From the IMG/VR virus record IMGVR_UViG_3300045988_095634: a stretch of 49,092 nt of DNA, one strand, 5' to 3'. Shown here piece after piece: positions 35,234 to 44,399 of this stretch (positions are counted from its first letter, which is position 1; the number at the start of each line of letters is the position of its first letter). The notes beneath the pieces are model-generated. The model made no database searches. It saw nothing but the letters and a program-made list of their open reading frames with translations, and was not told the DNA's origin. Source of the DNA: a virus. Made by a program: the position numbers and the translations under genes.

Positions 35234-35869
35234 ATGGCAGTAATGGCAAAATGGAGAAACAAAACCTTCGAAGTCTCCAGAAAGAAAGTAAACCCGCTGA
35301 AAAACTTCTCTACTTCGACAACGATCAAGGGTGACGACTCCAAGAGCAAAAAGAAAAAAACCGAGCTCGTACCCTTTACCTTCGACATTGACGTACATGC
35401 GAACGCCGGAGTAAACCCTCAGAAAGAGTACGAGTCATGGTGCTCTCTCATTAAAAGCACCGGCGTGTTATATTTGCACGGCCGTCGCTTTGGCAGAGAA
35501 ACCAGACTAAAAGAGGTAAGCCTCTCGGGTGTTATTATGGACGATTACGGCCGGATCCGCTTCGCTACGATCGGGCTCACATTCGAGGAGGTAAACAAGA
35601 AAGAAACCAGCGGAAAATCTGGCGCCCGAGCTGCCGCCTCAGAAGCAAAGAAAGCAGAGAAGAAAGCAGCCAAGAAAAAGGGCAAAAAAGTGACAATATC
35701 AGTAGGCAGCAGCGTGAAGCTGACCGGCTCATACTATGCGGACGGTGAGAAAATTCTCAATAGTGAAAAAAAGCGAGTTCTGAAGGTTGGAAAAATCAAC
35801 GGAAACAAAGCATACCTCCCGCAGGTCGACGGCTGGGTATATATCAGCACGCTGTCCCTCGTGTCATAA
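35234..35869 (+). CDS. Hypothetical baseplate-region protein with a Lys-rich linker and an SH3-like C-terminus
   Basis: AGGAGG ribosome binding site. KKAEKKAAKKKGKK linker followed by VGSSVKLTGSYYADG...GWVYISTL. Confidence 0.55.
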   Translation: MAVMAKWRNKTFEVSRKKVNPLKNFSTSTTIKGDDSKSKKKKTELVPFTFDIDVHANAGVNPQKEYESWCSLIKSTGVLYLHGRRFGRETRLKEVSLSGVIMDDYGRIRFATIGLTFEEVNKKETSGKSGARAAASEAKKAEKKAAKKKGKKVTISVGSSVKLTGSYYADGEKILNSEKKRVLKVGKINGNKAYLPQVDGWVYISTLSLVS

Positions 35870-35882
35870 AGGAGGCGATCAC

Positions 35883-36170
35883 ATGCTGGCAAGCAACAAC
35901 GGAGATCCGCGACAATGCGCGGCCAATCTCCTGAAACTTACGAGAGGCGAAAACCCCTATGATCGTATCAAGGGGATCGACGCAGCAATAACAGACGCAC
36001 CCAGCGCCTCGGCGCGTTATGACGCGATTGCGGAGGCTGAGTGGGTACTTGACACTTACGAGCCGCGCGTCGAGGTCGAAGGCATTGACTTCGAGGCTCC
36101 AGACGCACAAGGCGGCGATTTTTCAACTATAACACAAATTAAACTAAGAGAGGAGGAGGACAATGAGTAG
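35883..36170 (+). CDS. Baseplate wedge protein (gp25/GPW / XkdS-like)
   Basis: 95-aa ORF after AAGGAGG, immediately upstream of the baseplate J-like gene. Confidence 0.55.
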   Translation: MLASNNGDPRQCAANLLKLTRGENPYDRIKGIDAAITDAPSASARYDAIAEAEWVLDTYEPRVEVEGIDFEAPDAQGGDFSTITQIKLREEEDNE

Positions 36171-37299
36171 CACCAGCGAATTACAATTCATAGAAACAGA
36201 CGCCGGCCAGATCTACGACTTTATCATGTACGTTTTAGAGAATGGCGTCACCGAGGAATTATACCCCGGAGACGAGCGCCGAATTTTTGGAGAAACGCTT
36301 GCGACTCTCGTTGTAGCGCTTTACTCCACGATGAACGACTCAGCAAAGCAGTCAACTCTCCGCTATGCAAGGGGCGACGTTCTCGACGCTCTGGGAGAAT
36401 TTGCGGGAGTGTTCAGGATCGAAGCACTACCGGCGACAACAACGGTTCGCTTTTCTCTCAAAGAAGCAGTAACGCAAAACATCATTATCACCAAAGGAAC
36501 CCGCGTAACTTCGGACTACTCTCGCTACTTCAAAACCACCGAGACCACAGTCCTGCAGGCTGGTTCCTTATATGTCGACGCCGAAGTCGAAAGCGAGGAA
36601 GGCGGCACAACATACAACGACATACCAGTCGGCGAGATCAATGTGCTGGTTGATATGATCCCATTTATTGACGGAGTTTCCAACACTGAGGAAACAGCCG
36701 GAGGCGGCGACGAGGAAAACGACGAGGATCTGAGAGAAAGGATCCGACTCGCGCCAGCCAGCAGATCCACGGCCGGGCCTAAAAACTCATATAAATATTA
36801 CGCCGTATCTGCTGACGCAACCGTGGCCGACGCACATGTAAGCTCGCCGAGCCCGGGCGTTGTTGTAATTACGCCCATTTTGTACGGTGGAGAAATACCG
36901 GATCAGTCTGTACTCGACAAAGTTCTGGCAGCCTGCAACGCTGACGACGTTCGCCCGCTGACCGACAAAGTGGAGGTATCTGCTCCGACTATCCAATCTT
37001 ACGATATTGAGCTGAAATATTACACAACCGCAGCCAATGAGACCGCAGTCGTTGAAAATATAGAAAGCTCCGGCGGCTCGATCGACCAGTACATATACTG
37101 GCAAGGCAGCAGCCTCGACCGGAATATCAACCCGGACTATTTGAGAAAACTCATACTTTGCCCGGAGGACTCAGACGGCAACCACCTGACCGGCGCGGAT
37201 CGCGTCGATATTATCAAACCGGTATACACTGAGCTGAGCGCAACGACTGTGGCGAAGTTTTCCGGCAAATTAACGGTATCGCATGAAGTGGAGGGGTAA
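36163..37299 (+). CDS. Baseplate J-like protein (XkdT-like)
   Basis: 378 aa, in the canonical position between the gp25-like and tail-protein-I-like genes. Confidence 0.7.
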   Translation: MSSTSELQFIETDAGQIYDFIMYVLENGVTEELYPGDERRIFGETLATLVVALYSTMNDSAKQSTLRYARGDVLDALGEFAGVFRIEALPATTTVRFSLKEAVTQNIIITKGTRVTSDYSRYFKTTETTVLQAGSLYVDAEVESEEGGTTYNDIPVGEINVLVDMIPFIDGVSNTEETAGGGDEENDEDLRERIRLAPASRSTAGPKNSYKYYAVSADATVADAHVSSPSPGVVVITPILYGGEIPDQSVLDKVLAACNADDVRPLTDKVEVSAPTIQSYDIELKYYTTAANETAVVENIESSGGSIDQYIYWQGSSLDRNINPDYLRKLILCPEDSDGNHLTGADRVDIIKPVYTELSATTVAKFSGKLTVSHEVEG

Positions 37300-37302
37300 A
37301 AC

Positions 37303-38124
37303 ATGGCAAGAATGAGCATTTTTAACCCCAACATGGCGAAGCTGCTCCCTAAATTTATGAAAGCGGACGAAACGGACGTGGCGCTTTCTCACGCTATGGA
37401 CGTTCTGCTCGCTGAACCGGCGAACAGAGCCAAAATTCTGCGGAAATGGGACCAGATCGACAACATGAACGACGCGCAGCTCGATGAAATGGCGTGGGAG
37501 TTCAATATTGACTGGTGGGACTCCTCTTTCTCTCTGGAGACCAAAAGATCAGTAATACGCACATGCTACCGAGTCCATGAAAAGCGCGGCACAAAATGGG
37601 CGGTTGAGGAGCTTATCACCTCAGCCTTCGGAATGGGTAAAGTTACGGAGTGGTTCGAGTACGGCGGCCAGCCGTACTGGTTCAAAATCCAGACAAGCGC
37701 AACGCTCACGAAGGACGGTATGCTTTATTTTTTGAACATGATCGACAAGGTAAAAAACGCGCGCTCTCATGTTGAAATGATCGAAGTTACCAGAACGATC
37801 CAGCAGCCACTCCACGGAGGAACCGCGCACCATTCATTCAGTAAATGCGTAGTTTTAGACCATTTTCAGGAAACACGCAAGGCAGAAATCACCCAGCACG
37901 GAGGAACCGGCCGAGGATCCTACCACAGCCGCAACAGCATTATGGACTACTTTGCGTTGGAATACTCTGCGGGCATTGTGTCGAATGTCGGCACGGCAGC
38001 AGGCCAGAGCCAAAGCAAAGCGGGAGCAATAGAACATTTTGACGACGTACAACCTCTGGAGCTTCCACTGGCTGCCGGAGTTGCACATACAAACCACATT
38101 AAAAACATCATAAAGGAGGAATGA
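37303..38124 (+). CDS. P2 gpI-like tail protein (XkdU-like)
   Basis: LDEMAWEFNIDWWD...KRSVIRTCYRVHEKRGTKWAVEELI pattern typical of tail protein I. Confidence 0.65.
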   Translation: MARMSIFNPNMAKLLPKFMKADETDVALSHAMDVLLAEPANRAKILRKWDQIDNMNDAQLDEMAWEFNIDWWDSSFSLETKRSVIRTCYRVHEKRGTKWAVEELITSAFGMGKVTEWFEYGGQPYWFKIQTSATLTKDGMLYFLNMIDKVKNARSHVEMIEVTRTIQQPLHGGTAHHSFSKCVVLDHFQETRKAEITQHGGTGRGSYHSRNSIMDYFALEYSAGIVSNVGTAAGQSQSKAGAIEHFDDVQPLELPLAAGVAHTNHIKNIIKEE

Positions 38125-38131
38125 TTGCATT

Positions 38132-39427
38132 ATGGCAGATTTTAACAATGCAGTAATGACAAACGGTGGCGCCGCCTTGCTGGCAGCCACAACCGCCGGA
38201 ACCGCAAAAATTAAGTTCACCAAGCTGGTGACTGGATCCGGCACCTATTCAGACTCGGAGAAAACCAGAGCCAGCCTGCAGGCCCACTCTACTCTCAAAG
38301 CGCAGAAACAAGAGATCCCATTCTCTAAAATTGAAATGGCGACCGATACCTGCGTAAAATTGACGGCGCTCGTCTCAAATGCTGAGCTTTCCGCTGGCTA
38401 TTATGTGAATGAGATCGGCATTTATGCGGTTGATGAATTACACCCGGCCGCTGCTCCAGTCCTCTACTCGATCGCGATCGCGAACGTGGCCGACTATTTG
38501 CCGCCGTACAACGGTTTGACACCTTCGACCATTACGCAGGAATACTTTGCGACCGTCGACAATGCTCTGGAGGTTACGATCCAGACCAAGACCGGAGCCG
38601 TCGCTCTGGCTGAGGATCTCGAAGCTACAAACGAGGAGCTTGCGAGAGCTATGTCCGACAACGATCGCCTCTATGACGGCAGAGACCTGACTACTGTCTT
38701 TGCGCTGGAGATTGCAAAGTATTCAGACGCATGGGCGTGGATTAAGGCAAGGATCAAAGCCCACAATTTTGCCGGTATTCATGTAGCCGACTATATTCCT
38801 ATCACAATGAACGGCCAGACGGTGAAAATGCAGGTTGCTGGTATCGACACATATTACAGAACCACCGATCAGCAGCTCAGCCACCACATTGATTTTATTA
38901 GTAAAGACTGTTTTAATCAGACAGTAAAATGGAATGAGGCCAATAATAACAACGGAAACGCTGCAAATAACTCACCGTACATGATAAGCAACCTGCACAC
39001 ATTCCTCACTACTACCCTTTACGGCTACCTTCCGGCAGCGGTCAAGGCTGTAATCAGCAACAAGCGCGCCCTCATGGAATACAGATACAGCGCAAGCGGC
39101 GCACTCACTGACGGCACGGGCTGGGGCTGGCAGGATCTCGGTCCTCTCTGGGTGCCTCTCGAGTATGAAATCTTCGGTTCAACTATCTGGGGGACAAAAG
39201 GCTGGAGTCAGGGACAGGGCGTACAGTACCCGATCTTTGCTAATAGCTTTTTGAACCGTATCAAGGGCGCCGGAAACGGCGGCGGCCGCTGCAACTGGTG
39301 GACCGCTTCTGTCAGGAGTGGCAGCTCGACTATTTGCGTGTACGTCGACACCCACGGGTACTCCATCACCTGGAACGCCAGCGACGAGCTTTGCGTCCCG
39401 GTCTGCTTCCGAATTGACGAGGCGTAA
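38132..39427 (+). CDS. Tail fibre / receptor-binding protein, DGR target 1
   Basis: N-terminal tail-collar-like region (NAVMTNGGAALLA...KFTKLVTGSG). C-terminus NWWTASVRSGSSTICVYVDTHGYSITWNASDELCVPVCFRIDEA contains VR1. Confidence 0.88.
   Translation: MADFNNAVMTNGGAALLAATTAGTAKIKFTKLVTGSGTYSDSEKTRASLQAHSTLKAQKQEIPFSKIEMATDTCVKLTALVSNAELSAGYYVNEIGIYAVDELHPAAAPVLYSIAIANVADYLPPYNGLTPSTITQEYFATVDNALEVTIQTKTGAVALAEDLEATNEELARAMSDNDRLYDGRDLTTVFALEIAKYSDAWAWIKARIKAHNFAGIHVADYIPITMNGQTVKMQVAGIDTYYRTTDQQLSHHIDFISKDCFNQTVKWNEANNNNGNAANNSPYMISNLHTFLTTTLYGYLPAAVKAVISNKRALMEYRYSASGALTDGTGWGWQDLGPLWVPLEYEIFGSTIWGTKGWSQGQGVQYPIFANSFLNRIKGAGNGGGRCNWWTASVRSGSSTICVYVDTHGYSITWNASDELCVPVCFRIDEA
39282..39410 (+). 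repeat. DGR variable repeat 1 (VR1)
   Basis: 129 bp align without gaps to TR 39929-40057. All 12 mismatches are at TR adenines. Confidence 0.92.
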
Positions 39428-39448
39428 GCCGCGGCATAATTTCAAAAT

Positions 39449-39469
39449 CCGGCTACCTCGTGTAGCCGG
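39449..39469 (+). other. GC-rich hairpin downstream of VR1 (candidate DGR target-recognition stem-loop)
   Basis: CCGGCTAC-ctcgt-GTAGCCGG, 39 nt after the VR1 end. No T-run follows. Confidence 0.5.
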
Positions 39470-39486
39470 GTAAATGGAGGCATAGA

Positions 39487-39897
39487 ATGAGTAACGTATA
39501 CACCAGAAACCGTAAAAAGACGCCGTTCGACGTCCTTGCGAACGCCGAGAAACTTCAAGATCTTGTAACGCTCTATGTTATGAATGAGAGGTATGTGCCT
39601 AAAAAGTGGCGCTTTATGATCGGTCAGGATCTTATCAAGAAAATTGACGAGCTGAACGACAACATAATCGCCGCGAACAGTATCTATGCCATGAATGAGC
39701 AGGATCTCGCGAGCCGTAAGGCATACGCCCAAAAGGCGATCGCGAACGGCTACCAATTACAGAGAAAACTCTCCCGTCTTATCAGGTGCGTGCCTTCGGC
39801 CACGGCCGCAAGCCTCGAAGAAATCACGAACTTATTGAGTCAAGAGATCGACGACCTGAAAGGCTGGAGGAAAAACGACAAAATAAGAGCCAGATAA
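39487..39897 (+). CDS. avd: DGR accessory variability determinant (Avd-like four-helix-bundle protein)
   Basis: 136-aa basic protein between VR and TR. The VPKKWRFMIGQDLIKKIDELNDNIIAANSIY pattern resembles Avd and 23S-IVS-type proteins. Confidence 0.75.
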   Translation: MSNVYTRNRKKTPFDVLANAEKLQDLVTLYVMNERYVPKKWRFMIGQDLIKKIDELNDNIIAANSIYAMNEQDLASRKAYAQKAIANGYQLQRKLSRLIRCVPSATAASLEEITNLLSQEIDDLKGWRKNDKIRAR

Positions 39898-39928
39898 TAA
39901 ACTCGGGTTATTTGCTGAAAAGTGTCAC

Positions 39929-40057
39929 GCGGCCGCTGCAACTGGTGGACCGCTTCTGTCAGGAGTGGCAACTCGACTAATTGCGTGAACGTCAACAACA
40001 ACGGGAACTCCAACAACTGGAACGCCAGCAACGAGCTTTACGTCCCGGTCTGATTCC
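39929..40057 (+). repeat. DGR template repeat (TR)
   Basis: Non-coding copy of the VR, rich in AAC. It has 11 AAY codons in the VR frame and an in-frame TGA, and lies between avd and the RT. Confidence 0.92.
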
Positions 40058-40287
40058 ACCTATATGCCAGACAGAGTAGAAAAATCGAAATCAGTGCCAG
40101 AGTGGAAGGAAGGAGCAAATAACCCTCGCCGTCAAGGCGTAAATAAGAGCCCAGACGCTACCGGGTGGACGCTGCTTGCATGGCGCGGAGTTTGTGCGAG
40201 TTCTCCGCGTTTCATACCCGTTGTACTATGCGGCTAATTAAACGCATGACAGCCGTGCTGGGTAATAACAAAGGAATGAGTTAAATT

Positions 40288-41427
40288 GTGACAAGCGAAG
40301 AAAGACGAGAACAACGATACCAGAGACGAAAAGCCGCAAGGCTGAAAAAGAGGCAGGAAACAATCGGGAAATATGATGATTTTGAGCGCGTGGCCTCACT
40401 GAACTCTCTGTATGAAGCAGCAAGGGAAGCCTCGAAGGGCGTCGACTGGAAAGCCAGCGTCCAGAGGTACAACTCTTTGCTGCTTTTTAATATATCCAAA
40501 ACACGCGCCGAGCTGCTTGCTGGAAAAGATATACGCCGCGGCTTTATCTGTTTTGATATATGCGAACGCGGCAAGCTGAGGCACATCAAAAGCGTGCATT
40601 TTTCCGAGAGAGTTGTGCAAAAATCATTTTGCACCAACATCATATACCCCACTTTCACCCGCTCCCTGATTTATGACAACGGGGCGAGCCAGCAAGGAAA
40701 AGGCACCCAGTTCGCGACCAACAGACTGACGACTCACTTGCGGAGGCATTTCAGGAAATACGGACGCGAAGGCGGCATACTTCTGATTGACTTCTCGGAC
40801 TACTTCGGGAATGTGGCGCATGAGCCACTTTTTGAGATATACCGGCAGATCTTCACGGATCCACGCGTCATAGCTCTGGGAATGAGCTTTATTTCTGCCT
40901 TCGGCGATAAAGGCCTCGGGCTGGGAAGTGAAACGAGCCAGATTAACGCCGTAATGCTTCCAAACCGCGCGGACCATTACGCGAAGGAAGTGCTCAGGAT
41001 CCGTGGCTATGGCAGATATATGGACGACACCTATCTGCTGCACCATAGCATTGCATACCTCGAGGAATGTCTCGAAAAACTCCGGGCGATATACTCGGAA
41101 TATGGCATAGTTATCAATGAGAAGAAAACAAAAATTGTAGACCTCAAACACGGGTTTACATTTTTGAAAACTCATTTTTATATCACAGAAACCGGCCGGA
41201 TCATCAAAAAGCCGTGCCGTGACAGTATCACCAGAGAACGCCGAAAGCTGAAAAAGCAGGCGGATCTCGTAGCTTCTGGCGTCCTGACCTTCGACGAGGT
41301 TCGGCACTCCTACGCCTCATGGCGTGGCAGCATGTCGCACCGGGACGCATACAGAACCGTGCAAAGCATGGACCGCCTATTTAATAGGCTGTTTATAGAT
41401 CAATGGAAAGGAGGACCACAACCATGA
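40288..41427 (+). CDS. DGR reverse transcriptase
   Basis: GTG start. RT motifs SQQGKGTQFA, LLIDFSDYFGNV and YGRYMDDTYLL (YxDD). About 230 nt downstream of the TR. Confidence 0.9.
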   Translation: MTSEERREQRYQRRKAARLKKRQETIGKYDDFERVASLNSLYEAAREASKGVDWKASVQRYNSLLLFNISKTRAELLAGKDIRRGFICFDICERGKLRHIKSVHFSERVVQKSFCTNIIYPTFTRSLIYDNGASQQGKGTQFATNRLTTHLRRHFRKYGREGGILLIDFSDYFGNVAHEPLFEIYRQIFTDPRVIALGMSFISAFGDKGLGLGSETSQINAVMLPNRADHYAKEVLRIRGYGRYMDDTYLLHHSIAYLEECLEKLRAIYSEYGIVINEKKTKIVDLKHGFTFLKTHFYITETGRIIKKPCRDSITRERRKLKKQADLVASGVLTFDEVRHSYASWRGSMSHRDAYRTVQSMDRLFNRLFIDQWKGGPQP

Positions 41428-41645
41428 GAACCAGAGAAGAAATGGAGGCAGAAATCAGAGGCTTACAGCAGTTACTCGCTGCGACAGATTATAAGGCTCT
41501 GAAACATGCCGACGGCGCCCTCACAGACGAGGAGTACGAGCCGACACGCACCCAGCGAGCTGAATATCGTCAGCAGATCAATGACCTGCAGGCAGCGATT
41601 GAGACGCTCGAGACCACCGAAGGGCAGGTGGTAGACAATGAGTAA
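41424..41645 (+). CDS. Small coiled-coil hypothetical protein
   Basis: ATG after AAAGGAGG. 73 aa. Overlaps the RT stop by 4 nt. Confidence 0.55.
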   Translation: MRTREEMEAEIRGLQQLLAATDYKALKHADGALTDEEYEPTRTQRAEYRQQINDLQAAIETLETTEGQVVDNE

Positions 41646-41787
41646 CCTCGAAATTATTGAATTGCAAAACGCAATAATTTCCAACATGGCCCAGATTAAC
41701 GCCGAGCTGCACTCCAGACTCGAGCAATATGAGGCCGTGGCTCAGAACGAAAAACCGAGCAACTGGAGGAAGCGACCGGCAACATGA
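41638..41787 (+). CDS. Possible 49-aa hypothetical protein
   Basis: ATG overlapping the upstream stop region. Below the ORF-track cutoff and no strong ribosome binding site. Confidence 0.3.
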   Translation: MSNLEIIELQNAIISNMAQINAELHSRLEQYEAVAQNEKPSNWRKRPAT

Positions 41788-41833
41788 TCGGACGCCTGAA
41801 GGCCGCCGGCATTTTTGAGGAAGGAGGGATCCT

Positions 41834-42184
41834 ATGACAGATCTGAGCATTTTCATCACGGTGGCCGGGCTCTGTCTCTCTGTCGCTACTTTCTATTTTG
41901 GGCGCCAGTCAGTAACCAAAGCAGACGGGAAAGCCGCCGGAGCTCTGGAAACGGACCTGCGCTACATCAAGGAAAGCGTCGGCCGTATTGAGGGCCAGCT
42001 CAACAGAGACGTGCAACGACTGGAGGGCCGGATCGACGAGATCAGCAACCAGCTCGCCGGAATTAGTAACACAGCCGGCCGAGCCCATGAGTCAGCCAAA
42101 AGCGCGCACAACCGCATTGACGAACACCTCGAACGTGAGCACAACATACAGACGGATCGGAGGCGATCAAATGCGGAAACCTAG
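41834..42184 (+). CDS. XhlA-like membrane-anchored coiled-coil lysis-associated protein
   Basis: N-terminal TM segment IFITVAGLCLSVATFYF followed by a coiled coil. Immediately upstream of the holin and endolysin. Confidence 0.55.
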   Translation: MTDLSIFITVAGLCLSVATFYFGRQSVTKADGKAAGALETDLRYIKESVGRIEGQLNRDVQRLEGRIDEISNQLAGISNTAGRAHESAKSAHNRIDEHLEREHNIQTDRRRSNAET

Positions 42185-42482
42185 AAAAGAATTTTCTAAG
42201 ACCATATTACGAGCGGTAGCTGCTGCCACCGTCGTGATCGTGGTCTTTTCTTTTGCCCTCATGTGGAGAACCGGCGACACCTCGCCGCTCGCCTACATCA
42301 TACCGGGAATATTTACCGAGCTTTCTGCTGCTACTGGTTTTTATTTCTGGAAGGCTAAGGCTGAGAATGAGATCAAGCTCGACACTATCAGGCGTCAAAA
42401 GGAGTTAGAACAATCTAAAAAGCAGAACACTGAGCCAGGAGAATATGATCCGGGCTCTAACTATGAAGGAGGTACACCATAA
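42171..42482 (+). CDS. Holin (two TM segments)
   Basis: Internal ATG at 42171 after GGAGG. TM segments AVAAATVVIVVFSFALMW and LAYIIPGIFTELSAATGFYFW, with a charged C-terminus. Confidence 0.65.
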   Translation: MRKPRKEFSKTILRAVAAATVVIVVFSFALMWRTGDTSPLAYIIPGIFTELSAATGFYFWKAKAENEIKLDTIRRQKELEQSKKQNTEPGEYDPGSNYEGGTP

Positions 42483-43432
42483 TGACAGAAAAAGAATTAA
42501 GACAGAGCTACGTCAATGCAGCCGTTTCCTATCTGGGCTGCAAGGAAAGCAACGGCAGCCACAAGAAAATTATTGATCTTTACAATAGCCACAAGCCCCT
42601 CGCCAGAAACTACGCCGTAAAATATACGGACTCATGGTGCGCGACTTTTGTCTCAGCTATGGCTATTAAAACGGGACTTACTGACATTATCCCGACCGAG
42701 TGCGGCTGCGGCCAGATGATCCAGCTTTTCCAGAAGCTCGGCGCATGGGTAGAAAATGACGCATACAGACCGAGCGCCGGCGACGTTATTTTTTACGACT
42801 GGGACGACAACGGAGTCGGCGACGATACCGGCTGGCCTGAGCATGTCGGCATTGTAGTGAGCGTATCAGGCAACACGATCAAGATTATCGAAGGAAACAA
42901 GAGCGACTCAGTAAGCTATCGCGAAATTGCTGTAAACGACCGCTATATTAGAGGCTACGGAGTGCCTAAGTACAGCAGCAAGGCAACCAGCGCCGGATCT
43001 GGATCTGGCAACGGTGGAGGTCTGAAATACTCAAAGGGCGATATTGTAAACTTTACCGGATCCAAGCACTACGCAAGCGCGAACGCTACCAGCGGTCCTT
43101 CCTGCAAGGCTGGAAAAGCAAAGGTAACAGACACCGCAGAGGGTACAAAGCACCCTTACCACCTGATTGCAGTCAATGGATCGGGATCGACCGTTTACGG
43201 CTGGGTAAATGCCTCAGACATTGCGGGAGCCTCTACTGCTGCCGCCTCTGGCTCTATTGCGGAGGGCAAAACAGTCAAGGTAAAGAGCTCGGCCACAAAG
43301 TACGCAACCGGCCAGACGATCCCGAGCTGGGTGAAGTCCAGAAAATACACGGTACAGAAAATCGACGGAGATCGCGCCCTCTTGAAAGAGATCACAAGCT
43401 GGGTGAAAATCTCCGATCTTGAATTAGCATAA
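42482..43432 (+). CDS. Endolysin: CHAP domain plus two SH3-like cell-wall-binding repeats
   Basis: Catalytic Cys context YTDSWCATFVS and His context WPEHVGIVV. Two SH3b-like repeats after a Ser/Gly linker. Confidence 0.85.
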   Translation: MTEKELRQSYVNAAVSYLGCKESNGSHKKIIDLYNSHKPLARNYAVKYTDSWCATFVSAMAIKTGLTDIIPTECGCGQMIQLFQKLGAWVENDAYRPSAGDVIFYDWDDNGVGDDTGWPEHVGIVVSVSGNTIKIIEGNKSDSVSYREIAVNDRYIRGYGVPKYSSKATSAGSGSGNGGGLKYSKGDIVNFTGSKHYASANATSGPSCKAGKAKVTDTAEGTKHPYHLIAVNGSGSTVYGWVNASDIAGASTAAASGSIAEGKTVKVKSSATKYATGQTIPSWVKSRKYTVQKIDGDRALLKEITSWVKISDLELA

Positions 43433-43445
43433 GGAGGGCAACGGA

Positions 43446-43988
43446 ATGGATCAGGAAACTCTCAACACACTCATGTCAATGGTTATTTTGCCTCTGCTGC
43501 TGGCTCTCTCAGGCTTCGCGGTTGCATGGCTGAGAAAAAAGACGCAGGAAATCACGGCAAACATTAACGACGCAACTGTCCGCAAGTATGTGGATCTCGC
43601 AAGCGACGCCGTAACGAAAGCCGTACAGACAACCTTCCAGACCTACGTCGACGCATTAAAGGCGCAGGGTAAGTTCGACAAAGAGGCCCAGCTCACGGCA
43701 TTACAGAAAGCAAAAGACACCGCTACTGCTCTTATCACCGACGAAGCCAAGCGAGTGATCGCTGAGGCTTACGGAGATTTTGACAAGTGGCTCGCCTCTA
43801 CGATCGAAACCCTCGTCAGGGAGGATAAGAGAACGGCGCCTGCTGCCACTGAGGAAAAGCAGACACAGATCGCCACTACTGCTGCCACCGCTGCCGCCTC
43901 GGTAGCTGCTACGGTAGCCCAGACGGCAGTCGCTCAGGCTACTGCTGAGGTAAAGGCTGCCAAAGCCATGGAAACGGTCACAGAATAA
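43446..43988 (+). CDS. LL-H-family holin-like protein
   Basis: N-terminal TM segment VILPLLLALSGFAVAWL followed by a long helical Ala/Lys/Thr-rich domain. Confidence 0.6.
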   Translation: MDQETLNTLMSMVILPLLLALSGFAVAWLRKKTQEITANINDATVRKYVDLASDAVTKAVQTTFQTYVDALKAQGKFDKEAQLTALQKAKDTATALITDEAKRVIAEAYGDFDKWLASTIETLVREDKRTAPAATEEKQTQIATTAATAAASVAATVAQTAVAQATAEVKAAKAMETVTE

Positions 43989-44017
43989 GCCACAGACGGT
44001 CAGAATTGACGCAAAGA

Positions 44018-44056
44018 CGCTCACTCGGTAATTTTATCGAGTGGGCGCCTTTTTTG
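44018..44056 (+). terminator. Rho-independent terminator ending the late operon
   Basis: 10-bp stem CGCTCACTCG / CGAGTGGGCG followed by CCTTTTTT. Confidence 0.75.
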
Positions 44057-44097
44057 CGTTCTGGGGGCATTTTAGACGCTGCTCTCTATTGCTTTAA

Positions 44098-44182
44098 TAT
44101 CTTGTGCAAGATAGACAAAAGCTCCGGCAGAGGTTTGGTGAGTGTGTGTATTGTTATCTTGTGCACGATATAGTATTATAAT
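44098..44182 (+). promoter_or_regulatory. Promoter with two TATCTTG-tg-CAAGATA-type palindromic operators
   Basis: Palindrome at 44098-44113, with an imperfect copy at 44155-44170 lying between TTGTTA (44151-44156) and TATTAT (44174-44179). TATAAT is at 44177-44182. Confidence 0.5.
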
Positions 44183-44223
44183 ATCAGAAACAAGGAAAAC
44201 CGCAGAAAATAAGGAGGCAGCAC

Positions 44224-44388
44224 ATGAAAGTCACAACGTACACAATCAACGAAGGAACCGCTTCTCAGTATTACGGACTGAAAAGCGTAAACGATAACCA
44301 CGTTTTATACTATGCACCGAATAACTGGAAAACAAAGCGCGGAGCTATAAACTGGGCCAAGAAAAACGGCTACGAGGTGGAGGAATAG
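44224..44388 (+). CDS. Hypothetical 54-aa protein
   Basis: AAGGAGG ribosome binding site then ATG. Below the ORF-track cutoff. First gene of a two-gene cassette after the late terminator. Confidence 0.5.
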   Translation: MKVTTYTINEGTASQYYGLKSVNDNHVLYYAPNNWKTKRGAINWAKKNGYEVEE

Positions 44389-44399
44389 GAGGCGACACC

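Noticed and set aside
40288-41427. Reverse transcriptase as a retron, group II intron or Abi/DRT defence RT
   Set aside because: An adjacent TR with two adenine-mismatched VR copies and an Avd-like gene identify it as a DGR RT. No intron RNA domains, maturase/endonuclease extension or msr/msd-like inverted repeats were seen.
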